Assembly: GCA_032249055.1 (NCBI GenBank)
Contig: JAVVGP010000001.1
Coordinates: 167-32,166, forward strand
Source of the DNA: Thermoproteota archaeon
Lineage (GTDB): Archaea > Thermoproteota > Thermoprotei > Gearchaeales > Gearchaeaceae
DNA: 32,000 nt
Direction of reading: 5' to 3'
Shown here: piece after piece, positions 18,207 to 27,942 of the stretch
Numbering within the stretch: the first letter of the stretch is position 1
How the letters are laid out: each line of letters starts with the position of its first letter
Made by a program: the position numbers and the translations under genes
Notes under the pieces: generated by a model
What the model was told of the DNA's origin: nothing
Database searches by the model: none
Seen by the model: only the letters and a program-made list of their open reading frames with translations

Positions 18207-19166
18207 ATGAGCGCTCCTAGAAGAGGTTCAATGGGTTTTTATCCAAGAGTAAGAGCAAGAAGTATTCGTGTTACTATTATATCTTGGCCTGAAGTATCTT
18301 TAACTACACCTAAGTTATTAGGTTTCGTAGGATATAAAGCTTTTATGTGTAGTGCTTTGCTGCTTGATTCTTATGAAAAATCTCCTACTTATGGTAAAGA
18401 AGTAGTAAAAGCTTGTACTGTATTGGAAGTTCCTCCTTTATTTATAGCAGGAATAAAATTATATGGAATTAATAATGGCAGATTAGTCAATTTAACTACA
18501 ATTTTTGCTGAAAAAATTCCTGAAAAAATTTCTAAATATTATAGCTTTAAGAACAAAAAACTTATAGATATTGATTCTTTTAAAAATCAAATAGCAGAAA
18601 TAAGAGTAATAGCATGTACTCAACCTTACTTAACAACGATAGGTAAGAAAAAACCTGAAATATTTGAAATAAAGGTAGGGGGAGAACCTCTAAAAGCTTT
18701 AGAGTATGCCCAAAGTATATTAGGAAAAGAATTAAGAATAGAAGATGTATTTAGCGAAGGAGAATACGTAGATGTAATAGGAGTAACAAAGGGTAAAGGC
18801 TTTCAAGGAGTGGTTAAAAGATTTGGTGTCAAAATCTTACCAAGGTGGCACAAACATAGAAAAGGTTATAGAAAAGTTGGTTCAATTGGACCGATAAAAC
18901 CTACTCTTATGAGATTTGTACCTAGACCGGGTCAGATGGGCTTTCATAGACGAACGATATATAATAACAAAATAATTATGATAGGCAAAGATCCTTCAAT
19001 TATTAATAAAAAAGGAGGAATTCCTCACTATGGTATAATCAAAAATCCATTTATATTATTATTAGGATCTGTTATGGGACCGCCTAAAAGAGTAATATTT
19101 TTAAGGTCTCCTATTAGACCTCCAAAACATCCTAGAAGTTATAAATTAATTCAAATAATAAAATGA
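18207..19166 (+). CDS. rpl3: Ribosomal protein uL3
   Basis: ORF 18189-19166. ATG 18207 (MSAPRRGSMGFYPRVRARSI) is the likely start. Contains TKGKGFQGVVKRFG and PGQMGFHRRT. Confidence 0.97.
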   Translation: MSAPRRGSMGFYPRVRARSIRVTIISWPEVSLTTPKLLGFVGYKAFMCSALLLDSYEKSPTYGKEVVKACTVLEVPPLFIAGIKLYGINNGRLVNLTTIFAEKIPEKISKYYSFKNKKLIDIDSFKNQIAEIRVIACTQPYLTTIGKKKPEIFEIKVGGEPLKALEYAQSILGKELRIEDVFSEGEYVDVIGVTKGKGFQGVVKRFGVKILPRWHKHRKGYRKVGSIGPIKPTLMRFVPRPGQMGFHRRTIYNNKIIMIGKDPSIINKKGGIPHYGIIKNPFILLLGSVMGPPKRVIFLRSPIRPPKHPRSYKLIQIIK

Positions 19167-19978
19167 ACAAATTTATTCCTATTCCTTTAATCGGGCTTGA
19201 AGGAAAAGAAATAGCTAAATTAAACTTTATTCCTATACCTTTTTTAACAGAATATAGATATGATTTAATTAAAAGAGCTGTTCTCACCGAACTTCAAAAT
19301 ATGAAACAACCTAAAGGTGTTGATCCTTTGGCAGGTAAAAAAACTACAGCTGAAAGTTGGGGGGTAGGTTATGGTATTGCAAGAGTACCCAGAGTAAAAG
19401 GTTCAGGATATCCAAGGGCAGCTCAAGGAGCTTTTGCTCCTATGACTCGAGGAGGCTATAATCCTACAGCACCAAAATCTAATAAAGTAATTAAAGTTAA
19501 AATTAACAAAAAAGAAAAAAGGAAAGCTTTATTTAGTGCTATAGCTTGTACTGCTAATTTAAATCTAGTACTAAAACGTGGTCATAAAATATCTAATCCC
19601 GAACTTAAATTACCAATAGTAATTGGAGAGGAAGTCACAAAAATAAATAAGACTAAAGACGTTGAAGAATTTCTAAAAAGATTAGGTATTTATGATGATA
19701 TTATGAGAGTTAAAGATAACATTAAAATAAGAGCAGGTAAAGGTAAAAGAAGAGGAAGAAGATATAAAGAAAGAAAAGGACCTTTATTGGTAGTTTTAGG
19801 TGAAGAACCAATAAAAAAAGCTTTTAAAAATTTACCAGGTGTAGATGTTTATGATGTAAGAAATTTACCAATACATGCATTAGCTCCTGGTTGCTTGCCT
19901 GGAAGGCTTACTATTTGGACAATAAATTCATATAAATATTTAGCTGAAAAATTTGGTTATATTGGTGAATTGACATGA
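19163..19978 (+). CDS. rpl4: Ribosomal protein uL4
   Basis: 271-aa ORF: [45 protein letters not shown]. Confidence 0.97.
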   Translation: MNKFIPIPLIGLEGKEIAKLNFIPIPFLTEYRYDLIKRAVLTELQNMKQPKGVDPLAGKKTTAESWGVGYGIARVPRVKGSGYPRAAQGAFAPMTRGGYNPTAPKSNKVIKVKINKKEKRKALFSAIACTANLNLVLKRGHKISNPELKLPIVIGEEVTKINKTKDVEEFLKRLGIYDDIMRVKDNIKIRAGKGKRRGRRYKERKGPLLVVLGEEPIKKAFKNLPGVDVYDVRNLPIHALAPGCLPGRLTIWTINSYKYLAEKFGYIGELT

Positions 19979-20232
19979 GTTCTAAAATTATACATAGGTT
20001 TATAGTGACAGAAAAAGCGTTGAAACTAGCTGAATTTGAAAATAAATTAACTTTAATTGTAGATATTAATTCAAATAAAAGAGAAATCAAGAAAGCTATT
20101 GAAAACTTATATAATGTAAAGGTAGAAAAAGTAAACGTTTTGATAACTCCGAAGTATGAAAAAAAAGCTATAGTAAAATTATCAAAGGAATTTTCTGCTC
20201 TAGAATTATACTCAAAATTGGGGTTAATATAA
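19975..20232 (+). CDS. rpl23: Ribosomal protein uL23
   Basis: 85-aa ORF: [50 protein letters not shown]. Confidence 0.96.
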   Translation: MSSKIIHRFIVTEKALKLAEFENKLTLIVDINSNKREIKKAIENLYNVKVEKVNVLITPKYEKKAIVKLSKEFSALELYSKLGLI

Positions 20233-20233
20233 T

Positions 20234-20965
20234 ATGGGTAAGAGATTAAGGCAGCAAAGAGCTGGGCGTGGTTCACCTACATTTATAGCGCCTACTTGGA
20301 GAAGGATAGCTCCTATAAAATATCCTTCATGGTTATATGAGCTAATTGAGAATTCCGAACAACCTATAAAAGGTATAGTAAAGGAAATAGTTTCAGAAAG
20401 TGGAAGGGAAGCACCTCTAGCTTTAATCTCCTTAGCCGATGGCAAAGAATTTTATACAATTGCTGCTGAAGGAATATTTGAGAAAAGTGAATGTCTTATA
20501 GGCAAAAACGTTCCTGTCAAAGTTGGTAACATAACGCAAATAGGTTCTCTTCCTGAAGGAACTTTAATTTTTAATATAGAAAGAAGACCTGCTGATGGAG
20601 GAAAATTTGTAAGAGTTGCTGGATCTTATGCAACAGTATTTTCTCAAACTATAGATGGAACAATTGTAAGCTTACCTTCAGGTAAATTAATAAAGCTTGA
20701 TAAAAAGTGTTTAGCTACTATTGGAGTGATTGCAGGAGGAGGAAAAATTGAAAAACCTTTATTAAAAGCTGGTAAGAAATATCATATTTCTAAAGCAAAA
20801 TCATTTAAATGGCCTACTGTGAGGGGTAAAGCTATGTATGCTGCCTCTCATCCTCACGGGGGTGGAGCTCATCCTAAAGGAGGAAGACCTGTTAAAAAGA
20901 CATCTCCTCCAGGTAAAAAAGTAGGTTATTATGGTTCTAGAAGGACTGGAAGAAGAAAAGGATAA
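20234..20965 (+). CDS. rpl2: Ribosomal protein uL2
   Basis: 243-aa ORF: GKRLRQQRAGRGSPTF, AMYAASHPHGGGAHPKGGRPVKKTSPPGKKVG. Confidence 0.98.
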   Translation: MGKRLRQQRAGRGSPTFIAPTWRRIAPIKYPSWLYELIENSEQPIKGIVKEIVSESGREAPLALISLADGKEFYTIAAEGIFEKSECLIGKNVPVKVGNITQIGSLPEGTLIFNIERRPADGGKFVRVAGSYATVFSQTIDGTIVSLPSGKLIKLDKKCLATIGVIAGGGKIEKPLLKAGKKYHISKAKSFKWPTVRGKAMYAASHPHGGGAHPKGGRPVKKTSPPGKKVGYYGSRRTGRRKG

Positions 20966-20998
20966 TTTTATATTTATGCCTCACTAAAATAATTTAAT

Positions 20999-21394
20999 AT
21001 GCCAAGAGAATTTACCTATCGCGGTTATACACTAGATCAATTAAAATCATTACCTATGGATGAGTTTATAAATTTACTAAATGCAAGGGAAAGAAGAAGT
21101 ATAAAAAGAGGATTGCTAAAGAAACATAAAGCACTCATAGAAAAAATTAGGAAAGCTAAAGAAGGAAAGTATAATAAACCAATTAGAACACATGCAAGAG
21201 ATATGATTATTTTACCTGAAATGGTTGGACTAACAATTCATGTTTATAATGGCAAGGAATTTGTTCCTGTTGAAATTACTCCTGAAATGATAGGTCACAG
21301 GTTAGGAGAGTTTTCAATAACCACGAAGAAAGTTATACATGGTGAACCAGGTTTAAGAGCTACAAGAGGTTCCATGTATGTTCCATTGAAATAA
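20999..21394 (+). CDS. rps19: Ribosomal protein uS19
   Basis: 131-aa ORF: [68 protein letters not shown]. Confidence 0.97.
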   Translation: MPREFTYRGYTLDQLKSLPMDEFINLLNARERRSIKRGLLKKHKALIEKIRKAKEGKYNKPIRTHARDMIILPEMVGLTIHVYNGKEFVPVEITPEMIGHRLGEFSITTKKVIHGEPGLRATRGSMYVPLK

Positions 21395-21855
21395 TGCCAG
21401 AATTTGGTTATTCAATTAAAGGTCTCGATCCTGATAAGTCTGTATTAGCAAGTGGAAGAGATCTAAATATTTCATTTAAAGAAGCTGTTGAAGTTTGTAG
21501 ATATATAAAAGGTAGAAAACTTGACGAAGCCAAAAAAATTCTTGAAGAGGTAATTGAAGGTAAAAGAGCAATACCTTATAAAAGGTTTAACAAAAAAGTA
21601 CCACATCATAAATATGATAATACTAGTGGTCCTGCAAGATATCCTATAAAAGTTTCTAAGCATCTCTTAAAAATTCTTGAATCTCTTGAAGCTAATGCTG
21701 AATTTAAAGGTCTTGATACTTCCAAGATTAAAATTATTCATTGTGCTGCTCAGAAAGGTATGAAAATAAAAAAGTATATTCCTAGAGCATTTGGACGTTC
21801 TTCACCTTATTTTAAAGAACTTGTTCATATCGAAGTTGCCGGTATAGAGGAATAA
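21394..21855 (+). CDS. rpl22: Ribosomal protein uL22
   Basis: 153-aa ORF: KASGRDLNISFKEAVEVCRYIKGRKLDEAKKILEEVIEGKRAIPYKRFNKKVPHH...GRSSPYFKELVHIEV-like region. Confidence 0.96.
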   Translation: MPEFGYSIKGLDPDKSVLASGRDLNISFKEAVEVCRYIKGRKLDEAKKILEEVIEGKRAIPYKRFNKKVPHHKYDNTSGPARYPIKVSKHLLKILESLEANAEFKGLDTSKIKIIHCAAQKGMKIKKYIPRAFGRSSPYFKELVHIEVAGIEE

Positions 21856-21856
21856 C

Positions 21857-22498
21857 ATGGTAAACTTAGCAAAACAATTTCTTCAAATTAATGAATTATA
21901 TGCTAGAATAAAAGAATACATTTTCGAAAAATTAAAAGAGGCGGGTGTAGATAATGTCGATATACAACAATTCGCTGCAGGAATAAGAATAATTATCGAC
22001 GTTGAAAAACCAAAACTTGCATTAGGTCCTCATGGATTGAAAATAAAAGAAATTGAAGAAGAATTAAAATTAAAGTTTAACATTAAAAACGTCGAAATAT
22101 TCATAAACGAAGTAAAAGAGCCTGCTTTAAGCGCCTCTATTATGGCTAATAGACTAGCTAGTTTAATTGAAAGAGGCATACATTTTAGAAGAGCTGCTAA
22201 TCTAATACTTAAACAAATAATGGATGCAGGAGCTAAAGGTGCTGAAATAGAAATAAGTGGAAAACTTGACAGTGATAGAGCAAGAACTGAAAGATTTAGG
22301 TTTGGCTTTATGCCAAAATCTGGTGAACCTTATGAAAAATACGTTAAAAAAGCTAAAACTTCCATTCTTTTAAAGCCAGGTGTATATGGAATATCTGTTA
22401 AAATATTTCCTCCTATAGAATATTGGGATGAAATACCTAAATTAGTAGATAAAATAAAAGCTTTTGAGATGGGTACAAATGAAAGCAAAGGAACTTAG
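21857..22498 (+). CDS. rps3: Ribosomal protein uS3
   Basis: 213-aa ORF with a KH region (IIIDVEKPKLALGPHGLKIKEIEEEL), GAKGAEIEISGKLDSDRARTERFRFGFMPKSGEP. Confidence 0.97.
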   Translation: MVNLAKQFLQINELYARIKEYIFEKLKEAGVDNVDIQQFAAGIRIIIDVEKPKLALGPHGLKIKEIEEELKLKFNIKNVEIFINEVKEPALSASIMANRLASLIERGIHFRRAANLILKQIMDAGAKGAEIEISGKLDSDRARTERFRFGFMPKSGEPYEKYVKKAKTSILLKPGVYGISVKIFPPIEYWDEIPKLVDKIKAFEMGTNESKGT

Positions 22499-22691
22499 AA
22501 AATTATCTAAAGAAGAAAGACTGAAAAGATTAGAAGAATTAAGACTCGAATTAATAAAAAATAGAGGATTATTTGAAGCAGGAAAACCGCCTAAAAATGT
22601 TAAACTCCTTAAAAATATAAGAAAAGAGATTGCTAGAATTTTAACTATAAATAGGGAAGAGGAACGTAAAAATGAAGCTAAGAAAAGATAA
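22464..22691 (+). CDS. rpl29: Ribosomal protein uL29
   Basis: 75-aa ORF: KAKELRKLSKEERLKRLEELRLELIK...NIRKEIARILTI. The true start is likely ATG 22479, still overlapping rps3. Confidence 0.93.
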   Translation: MRWVQMKAKELRKLSKEERLKRLEELRLELIKNRGLFEAGKPPKNVKLLKNIRKEIARILTINREEERKNEAKKR

Positions 22692-22935
22692 TATAATTTA
22701 TCATGAATTATTGGGTTTGTTTGTTGAATGTTATGATAAAAAATATAAAAAAGTAGGCGAAGGTATGATTATCGATGAAACTAAGGAAACTATAAAAGTA
22801 TTAACAAAAGATAATAAAATAAAAAAGTATTTAAAAAGATGTTTTAATTTTTCGTTTTTAATAAATGGTGATAAAGTAATGGTTAAAGGAGAAGATCTTT
22901 TAGGAAAACCTGAAGATAGAATAAAAAAACTATGA
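22672..22935 (+). CDS. rnp1: RNase P protein component 1 (Rpp29/Pop4)
   Basis: 87-aa ORF: NIIYHELLGLFVECYDKKYKKVGEGMIIDETKETIKVLTKDNKIKKYLKRCFNFSFLINGDKVMVKGEDLLGKPEDRIKK. Confidence 0.9.
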   Translation: MKLRKDNIIYHELLGLFVECYDKKYKKVGEGMIIDETKETIKVLTKDNKIKKYLKRCFNFSFLINGDKVMVKGEDLLGKPEDRIKKL

Positions 22936-23258
22936 GGAAAAAAAGAATAATTTTTGGTATAGAGCCCCCAGAAATTGAGTGTAATGATAAAGCATGTCCT
23001 TTTCATGGCGAAATTAGTGTTAGAGGCAGAATTGACGAAGGAACAGTTTTAAAAGTAAAAATGAATAAAACGGCTGTTGTTGTTAAAGAAAGGTTGGTTT
23101 GGATTAGAAAATATCAAAGATATGAAAGAAGAAGAAGTAAATATCATGTTCATATACCAGATTGTATTAAAGTGAAAGAAAATGACAGAGTAATTATAGG
23201 TGAAACAAGACCTATATCTAAGACTGTTTCATCTGTTATTTTAAAAGTAATAAAATAA
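22932..23258 (+). CDS. rps17: Ribosomal protein uS17
   Basis: 108-aa ORF: CPFHGEISVRGRIDEGTVLKVKMNKTAVVVKERLVWIRKYQRYERRRSKYHVHIPDCI. Confidence 0.97.
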   Translation: MRKKRIIFGIEPPEIECNDKACPFHGEISVRGRIDEGTVLKVKMNKTAVVVKERLVWIRKYQRYERRRSKYHVHIPDCIKVKENDRVIIGETRPISKTVSSVILKVIK

Positions 23259-23308
23259 GTAAAATTAATAAGTGAAAATCATGCAAATAATTCATATTGG
23301 TGTGAAAT

Positions 23309-23734
23309 ATGGTTAAAAGAGGAGGAAAAGTTTCAGCTGCAATAATTAGACCTAGACTTAGTGCAGGTATATTTAATTATACTATAGTAAAATGTGCAGA
23401 TAATAGCGGTGTATTAATGGGGAGAGTAATTAATGTATTTGGTATTAAAACCAGAAGAAGAAGAGTTCCTGGAGCATCTGTAGGAGACATGGTAAAGATT
23501 TCCGTAACTAAAGGAAAACCAGAATTAGTAGGACAATTAATGAATGCTGTTGTTATTAGACAAAGAAAACCTTATAGAAGAATGGATGGAACATGGATAG
23601 CATTTGAAGATAATGCTGTAATAATTCTTACGCCTGAAGGAGATGTTAAAGGAACGGAAATTATTGGCCCTGTTGCCAAAGAGGCTGTTGAACGCTGGCC
23701 AAAAATAGCTAGTATTGCTTCAATTATAATATGA
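23309..23734 (+). CDS. rpl14: Ribosomal protein uL14
   Basis: 141-aa ORF: TIVKCADNSGVLMGRVINVFGIKTRRRRVPGASVGDMVKISVTKGKPEL...FEDNAVIILTPEGDVKGTEIIGPVAKEAVERWPKIASIA. Confidence 0.98.
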   Translation: MVKRGGKVSAAIIRPRLSAGIFNYTIVKCADNSGVLMGRVINVFGIKTRRRRVPGASVGDMVKISVTKGKPELVGQLMNAVVIRQRKPYRRMDGTWIAFEDNAVIILTPEGDVKGTEIIGPVAKEAVERWPKIASIASIII

Positions 23735-24087
23735 CATCTTCTCAGCCAAAAAAGCAAAGAAGGTTAATTTATAAAAAGTTTACTAATAAAGACTATGGAA
23801 AACTATTATCAGCTCATTTATCTAAAGAATTAAGACAAAAATATAAAAGGAGATCTTTACGTGTCCGTGTAAATGATATTGTAAGAGTAATGAGAGGGAC
23901 ATATAAAGGGTTTGAAGGTAAAGTAGTTAAAGTTAATCCTAAAAAAGGCTATGTATACATTGAAGGTCTTACAAGGAAAAATATTCGTGGAAGACCTGTT
24001 ATGATACCTATTCATGCTTCAAAAGTAATGATAGTAAAGTTATATTTAGACGATAAATATCGTGCTGAAAAGTTAAAAGCAGTGTAG
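23731..24087 (+). CDS. rpl24: Ribosomal protein uL24
   Basis: 118-aa ORF: LRVRVNDIVRVMRGTYKGFEGKVVKVNPKKGYVYIEGLTRKNIRGRPVMIPIHASKVMI. Confidence 0.97.
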   Translation: MTSSQPKKQRRLIYKKFTNKDYGKLLSAHLSKELRQKYKRRSLRVRVNDIVRVMRGTYKGFEGKVVKVNPKKGYVYIEGLTRKNIRGRPVMIPIHASKVMIVKLYLDDKYRAEKLKAV

Positions 24088-24088
24088 C

Positions 24089-24847
24089 ATGACACATATA
24101 AAAAGATTAGCAGCTCCTGATTTTTGGCCTATTCTTAAAAAACAATATAAATGGACAATTTCCCCTTCACCAGGACCTCATAAAAAAACTGAATGCATAC
24201 CGTTAGGAATAATTATCAGAGATATATTTGGTTATGCTTCGAATTTAAAAGAAGTAAAGTATATTTTAAGTCAAGGTTATGTTAAAAGAGATAAAATAGT
24301 AGTAAAGGATTATAAATTCCCTGTAGGTTTAATGGATACGCTGGAATTTGTTAAGGATCCTTTCGCTTACAGATTGTTACCATATAAAGGCTACCCGTTG
24401 GTTGTTACTAAAATTCCTTTAGAAGAATCTTCTTTAAAAATTTGCAGAATAGAGAACAAAGTTGCTGTTAAAGGAAATAAATTACAAGTGAATTTAAATG
24501 ATGGGAGAAATTTTTTAATAGAAAAAACCGAATCTGCCAATTTTAAAACTTATGATAGTGTTTTATTAGAGCTTCCTGAACAGAAAATTAAAGAAACAAT
24601 TAAGCTACAAGAAGGAGTTTTATGCTTAATTACAGGAGGAGTAAATGCAGGTTATTATGGCTATCTAAAGAAAATTATTGAATTGATGCCTAGGAGAAAA
24701 TCGATTGTAGAATTAGAATCTTATGATGGGAAAATAATTCGAACCAGTCTTAAATATATTATGCCAATAGGATACGATAAACCTTTAATAAAGATTGCAG
24801 AAAAAGAAGAAGATATAGTTAAACCTGCCATTTATTATTACACATGA
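24089..24847 (+). CDS. rps4e: Ribosomal protein eS4
   Basis: 252-aa ORF: HIKRLAAPDFWPILKKQYKWTISPSPGPHKKTECIPLGIIIRDIFGYA. Confidence 0.97.
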   Translation: MTHIKRLAAPDFWPILKKQYKWTISPSPGPHKKTECIPLGIIIRDIFGYASNLKEVKYILSQGYVKRDKIVVKDYKFPVGLMDTLEFVKDPFAYRLLPYKGYPLVVTKIPLEESSLKICRIENKVAVKGNKLQVNLNDGRNFLIEKTESANFKTYDSVLLELPEQKIKETIKLQEGVLCLITGGVNAGYYGYLKKIIELMPRRKSIVELESYDGKIIRTSLKYIMPIGYDKPLIKIAEKEEDIVKPAIYYYT

Positions 24848-25392
24848 GCGAAACACAAACTTTAGAAATTAAGGAAGAAAGTAAAATAAATCCAATGACT
24901 AAAGTAAGATTGCGTTCAGTTACATTAAATATTTGTGTAGGGTCTAATGAAGAAAAGCTTAAAAAAGCGATGATCGTGTTAGAGACATTAACTGGACAAA
25001 AACCTTCTATAAGAAGAGCTAAAAAAACAATTAAGGAATTTAAAATTAAACGGGGAGAACCTATAGCTTGTATTACAACAGTAAGAGGTAAAAAAGCTGA
25101 AATTTTGCTTGATAAATTATTAGAGGCTGTAAATAGAAAACTAAAAGCATCTTCGTTTACCGAGTTTGGAAACTTCAGCTTTGGAATAAAGGAACATATA
25201 AGCATACCTGGTATGAAATATGATCCTTCAATAGGTATTGTAGGTATGGATGTTTGTGTTAATTTAGAAAAACCTGGTTATAGAGTTATGTATAGAAAAA
25301 GAAGAAGAAATGAGATAGGAAAAAATCATAGAGTTAAAAAAGATGAGGCAATTCAATTTATTAAGGAAAAATTTAATGTAGTAATAGAATAA
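24844..25392 (+). CDS. rpl5: Ribosomal protein uL5
   Basis: 182-aa ORF: KVRLRSVTLNICVGSNEEKLKKAMIVLETLTGQKPSIRRAKKTIKEFKIKRGEPIACITTVRG. Confidence 0.97.
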   Translation: MSETQTLEIKEESKINPMTKVRLRSVTLNICVGSNEEKLKKAMIVLETLTGQKPSIRRAKKTIKEFKIKRGEPIACITTVRGKKAEILLDKLLEAVNRKLKASSFTEFGNFSFGIKEHISIPGMKYDPSIGIVGMDVCVNLEKPGYRVMYRKRRRNEIGKNHRVKKDEAIQFIKEKFNVVIE

Positions 25393-25553
25393 TGGGCAAA
25401 CCAACACCTAAAGAAAGAAAGTTCGGCAAAGCTGTTTCTAAGTGTAAGCGTTGTGGTACTACGAGAGGCGTAATAAAAAAGTATAATTTATATTATTGTA
25501 GAAGATGTTTTAGAGAAATTGCTCCTTTGATCGGATTTAAAAAATATGAATAA
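25392..25553 (+). CDS. rps14: Ribosomal protein uS14, zinc-binding (missing from the supplied ORF track)
   Basis: 53 codons from ATG 25392 (TAATG overlap with rpl5) to TAA 25551-25553: MGKPTPKERKFGKAVSKCKRCGTTRGVIKKYNLYYCRRCFREIAPLIGFKKYE. CxxC...CxxC zinc motif. Confidence 0.97.
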   Translation: MGKPTPKERKFGKAVSKCKRCGTTRGVIKKYNLYYCRRCFREIAPLIGFKKYE

Positions 25554-25590
25554 AGGTTTATATGTTGCTTTTTTAAAATAATAAGTTATC

Positions 25591-25974
25591 ATGAGGCTCC
25601 TTGCTAATATGATAACTTCAATTAAAAATGCAGAGATGAGGAATAAAAAAGAATGCCTAGTTTATCCTTCATCAAAACTTTTGATTGAGGTGTTAAAAAC
25701 AATTCAACGTCATAGATATATTGGAGAATTTGAAGTAATAGATGATGGAAGAGGTTCTAAGATTAGAATACAATTGCTTGGAAGAATAAATAATTGCGGT
25801 ATAATAAAACCTAGACTAGGATATAGTTACAGAGAATTTGTTAAGTTAGAGAGTAAATATTTGCCTAGCAGAGATATTGGAATAATTATAGTAACTACGA
25901 GCCAAGGTGTTATGACAACAAAAGAAGCTTTTGAAAAAAGAATAGGAGGAATAGCTTTAGCTTATGTCTATTAA
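25591..25974 (+). CDS. rps8: Ribosomal protein uS8
   Basis: 127-aa ORF: LANMITSIKNAEMRNKKECLVYPSSKLL...RDIGIIIVTTSQGVMTTKEAFEKRIGGIALAYVY. Confidence 0.97.
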   Translation: MRLLANMITSIKNAEMRNKKECLVYPSSKLLIEVLKTIQRHRYIGEFEVIDDGRGSKIRIQLLGRINNCGIIKPRLGYSYREFVKLESKYLPSRDIGIIIVTTSQGVMTTKEAFEKRIGGIALAYVY

Positions 25975-26533
25975 TCAAATAATTTTTAGGGAAGAATTAA
26001 CTATACCTGAAGGTGTAAATGTAGATATCGATGATAATTATATAATAAAAATACGGGGTCCAAAAGGTGAAATTGTAAAAGACTTTAGTCCAAAAAAGCT
26101 AAACATCTCTAAAAATAAATATAAAATTTATAAAGAAAATAACAAAATTATAATAGAAGTTTATATTAAAGGTAGAAGAGGTAAAGCTTTATTATATACT
26201 TTATTATCAAAAATAAGAAATTCAATTAAGGGAGTAATTGAAGGATATGTATATAAGCTTAAAATTGTTTATATACACTTTCCTATAAGTGTTAAAGTTA
26301 AAGGAGACACCGTTTACATTGAAAACTTTATTGGTGAAAGAGCGCCAAGAATAGCAAAAATTATAGGCAAATATACACAGGTAAAAGTTGAAGGAGAGGA
26401 TATAATAGTAAGTGGAATAGATAAAGACGAAGTAAGTCAAACAGCTTTTAATATTCAATTAGCAACAAAAATTAAAGATAAGGATCCTAGAAAGTTCTTG
26501 GATGGAATTTATGTTTATTATAGAGGAAAATGA
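25964..26533 (+). CDS. rpl6: Ribosomal protein uL6
   Basis: 189-aa ORF: IPEGVNVDIDDNYIIKIRGPKGEIVKDF...HFPISVKVKGDTVYIENFIGERAPRIAKI. Confidence 0.97.
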   Translation: MSINQIIFREELTIPEGVNVDIDDNYIIKIRGPKGEIVKDFSPKKLNISKNKYKIYKENNKIIIEVYIKGRRGKALLYTLLSKIRNSIKGVIEGYVYKLKIVYIHFPISVKVKGDTVYIENFIGERAPRIAKIIGKYTQVKVEGEDIIVSGIDKDEVSQTAFNIQLATKIKDKDPRKFLDGIYVYYRGK

Positions 26534-26913
26534 AGGACATAGATAAAGCTTTAAAAATTAGAGAAAAACAAAAAAGAAAGTTACCAGATTTTGTAAGAGC
26601 AGATTCATGGAAGGTTAAAAGACTTGAAGATTCAGGTTGGAGAAGACCTAAAGGTTTAGATACTAAAATGCGTTTAAAGAGGAAAGGATGGCCTCCTCTT
26701 GTAAATATAGGATATAGAAAGATTAAAAAGGCAAGATATTTGCATCCTTCCGGCTTAATTGAAGTCCTTGTTCATAATGCTAAGGAAGTAGAAAAATTAG
26801 ATAAAAATAAACATATAATAAGAATAGCTGCCTCTGTAGGCAAAAAGAAAAGATTACAAATATTAGAGATTGCCAATAAGCTTGGTATAAAAGTAGCAAA
26901 TCCGGTGGTTTAA
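26530..26913 (+). CDS. rpl32e: Ribosomal protein eL32
   Basis: 127-aa ORF: LPDFVRADSWKVKRLEDSGWRRPKGLDTKMRLKRKGWPPLVNIGYR. Confidence 0.97.
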   Translation: MKDIDKALKIREKQKRKLPDFVRADSWKVKRLEDSGWRRPKGLDTKMRLKRKGWPPLVNIGYRKIKKARYLHPSGLIEVLVHNAKEVEKLDKNKHIIRIAASVGKKKRLQILEIANKLGIKVANPVV

Positions 26914-26914
26914 A

Positions 26915-27358
26915 ATGAGCTTAGATTATGTAAAAGAATTAGCTGCTAAAGTAAAAGGCGTAGGTAAAAGTAGAATATACATAGATCCTGAATATTATGA
27001 TAAATTATCAACAGTAATTTCACGTGAAGAAGTAAAAAAATTAATTGAAGATGGCATAATAAAAATCAAACCTAAAAAAGGAATTAGTAAAGGAAGGTTT
27101 AGAAAAAAATTAAAGCAAAAGAGAAAAGGATTACGAAAAGGGCCAGGAAGTATAAAAGGAAAAAAGATCAAAATTAAGAAAAAGGAATATGTAAAAAGAA
27201 TAAGAGGTCTTAGAAAATACTTAAGGAATCTATACGATAAAGGACTTATCGATAATAAATTATATCAAAAGTTAAGGAAATATGTAAAAGCTGGAGTACT
27301 AACATCGCGAGCAAAAATTAGAGCATATATTGAAAGTTATAAAAGTAGTCAGACTTAA
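26915..27358 (+). CDS. rpl19e: Ribosomal protein eL19
   Basis: 147-aa ORF: AAKVKGVGKSRIYIDPEYYDKLSTVISREEVKKLIEDGIIKIKPKKGISKGR. Confidence 0.97.
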   Translation: MSLDYVKELAAKVKGVGKSRIYIDPEYYDKLSTVISREEVKKLIEDGIIKIKPKKGISKGRFRKKLKQKRKGLRKGPGSIKGKKIKIKKKEYVKRIRGLRKYLRNLYDKGLIDNKLYQKLRKYVKAGVLTSRAKIRAYIESYKSSQT

Positions 27359-27359
27359 A

Positions 27360-27941
27360 ATGTCTAAGAAAATATTAAAATTTAAACGTAGAAGGAAAGG
27401 TTTAACAAACTATTATAAGCGAAAAGTATTTGTAATTTCTGGAAAAACGAGGTTAGTTGTAAGAAAATCTAATAAATACATTACTGTTCAATTTATCAAG
27501 CCTGCTATTAAAGGAGATATATGTTTGGCAGGAATTAATTCAATAATTTTAAAGAAATTCGGATGGCCTTATAGTTGTAAAAACTTGCCTGCATGCTATT
27601 TAATTGGATATATAGCTGGTAAAATTGCTCTTCAAAAGAAAATAGAAAATGTAGCATTGGACATAGGCTTGCATTCTGCTACTAAAGGTTCAAGAATTTT
27701 TGCTGTAGTTAAAGGAATTTTAGATGCAGGACTAAAAGTTCCTGTGGATCCAGAAATGCTTCCCTCTGAAGAACGTATAAAAGGTTATCATATAATCAAA
27801 TATGCTAAACTTTTAAAAGAAACAAACGAAGAAAATTACAAAAAACGTTTTTCTTATTATATTTCACAAAATATTTTACCTGAAAATATGGAAGAATATT
27901 TTAATAAAACATTTTCATTAATTAAAGAGAGGTTTGGATAA
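27360..27941 (+). CDS. rpl18: Ribosomal protein uL18
   Basis: ORF 27330-27941; likely start ATG 27360 (MSKKILKFKRRRKGLTNYYKRKVFVISGKTRLVVRKSNKYITVQFI). Confidence 0.96.
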   Translation: MSKKILKFKRRRKGLTNYYKRKVFVISGKTRLVVRKSNKYITVQFIKPAIKGDICLAGINSIILKKFGWPYSCKNLPACYLIGYIAGKIALQKKIENVALDIGLHSATKGSRIFAVVKGILDAGLKVPVDPEMLPSEERIKGYHIIKYAKLLKETNEENYKKRFSYYISQNILPENMEEYFNKTFSLIKERFG

Positions 27942-27942
27942 A

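Noticed and set aside
19911-20276. 121-aa minus-strand ORF inside rpl23
   Set aside because: Antisense to uL23 coding region; spurious hydrophobic translation.
24819-25205. 128-aa minus-strand ORF inside rpl5
   Set aside because: Antisense to uL5, which is unambiguous.
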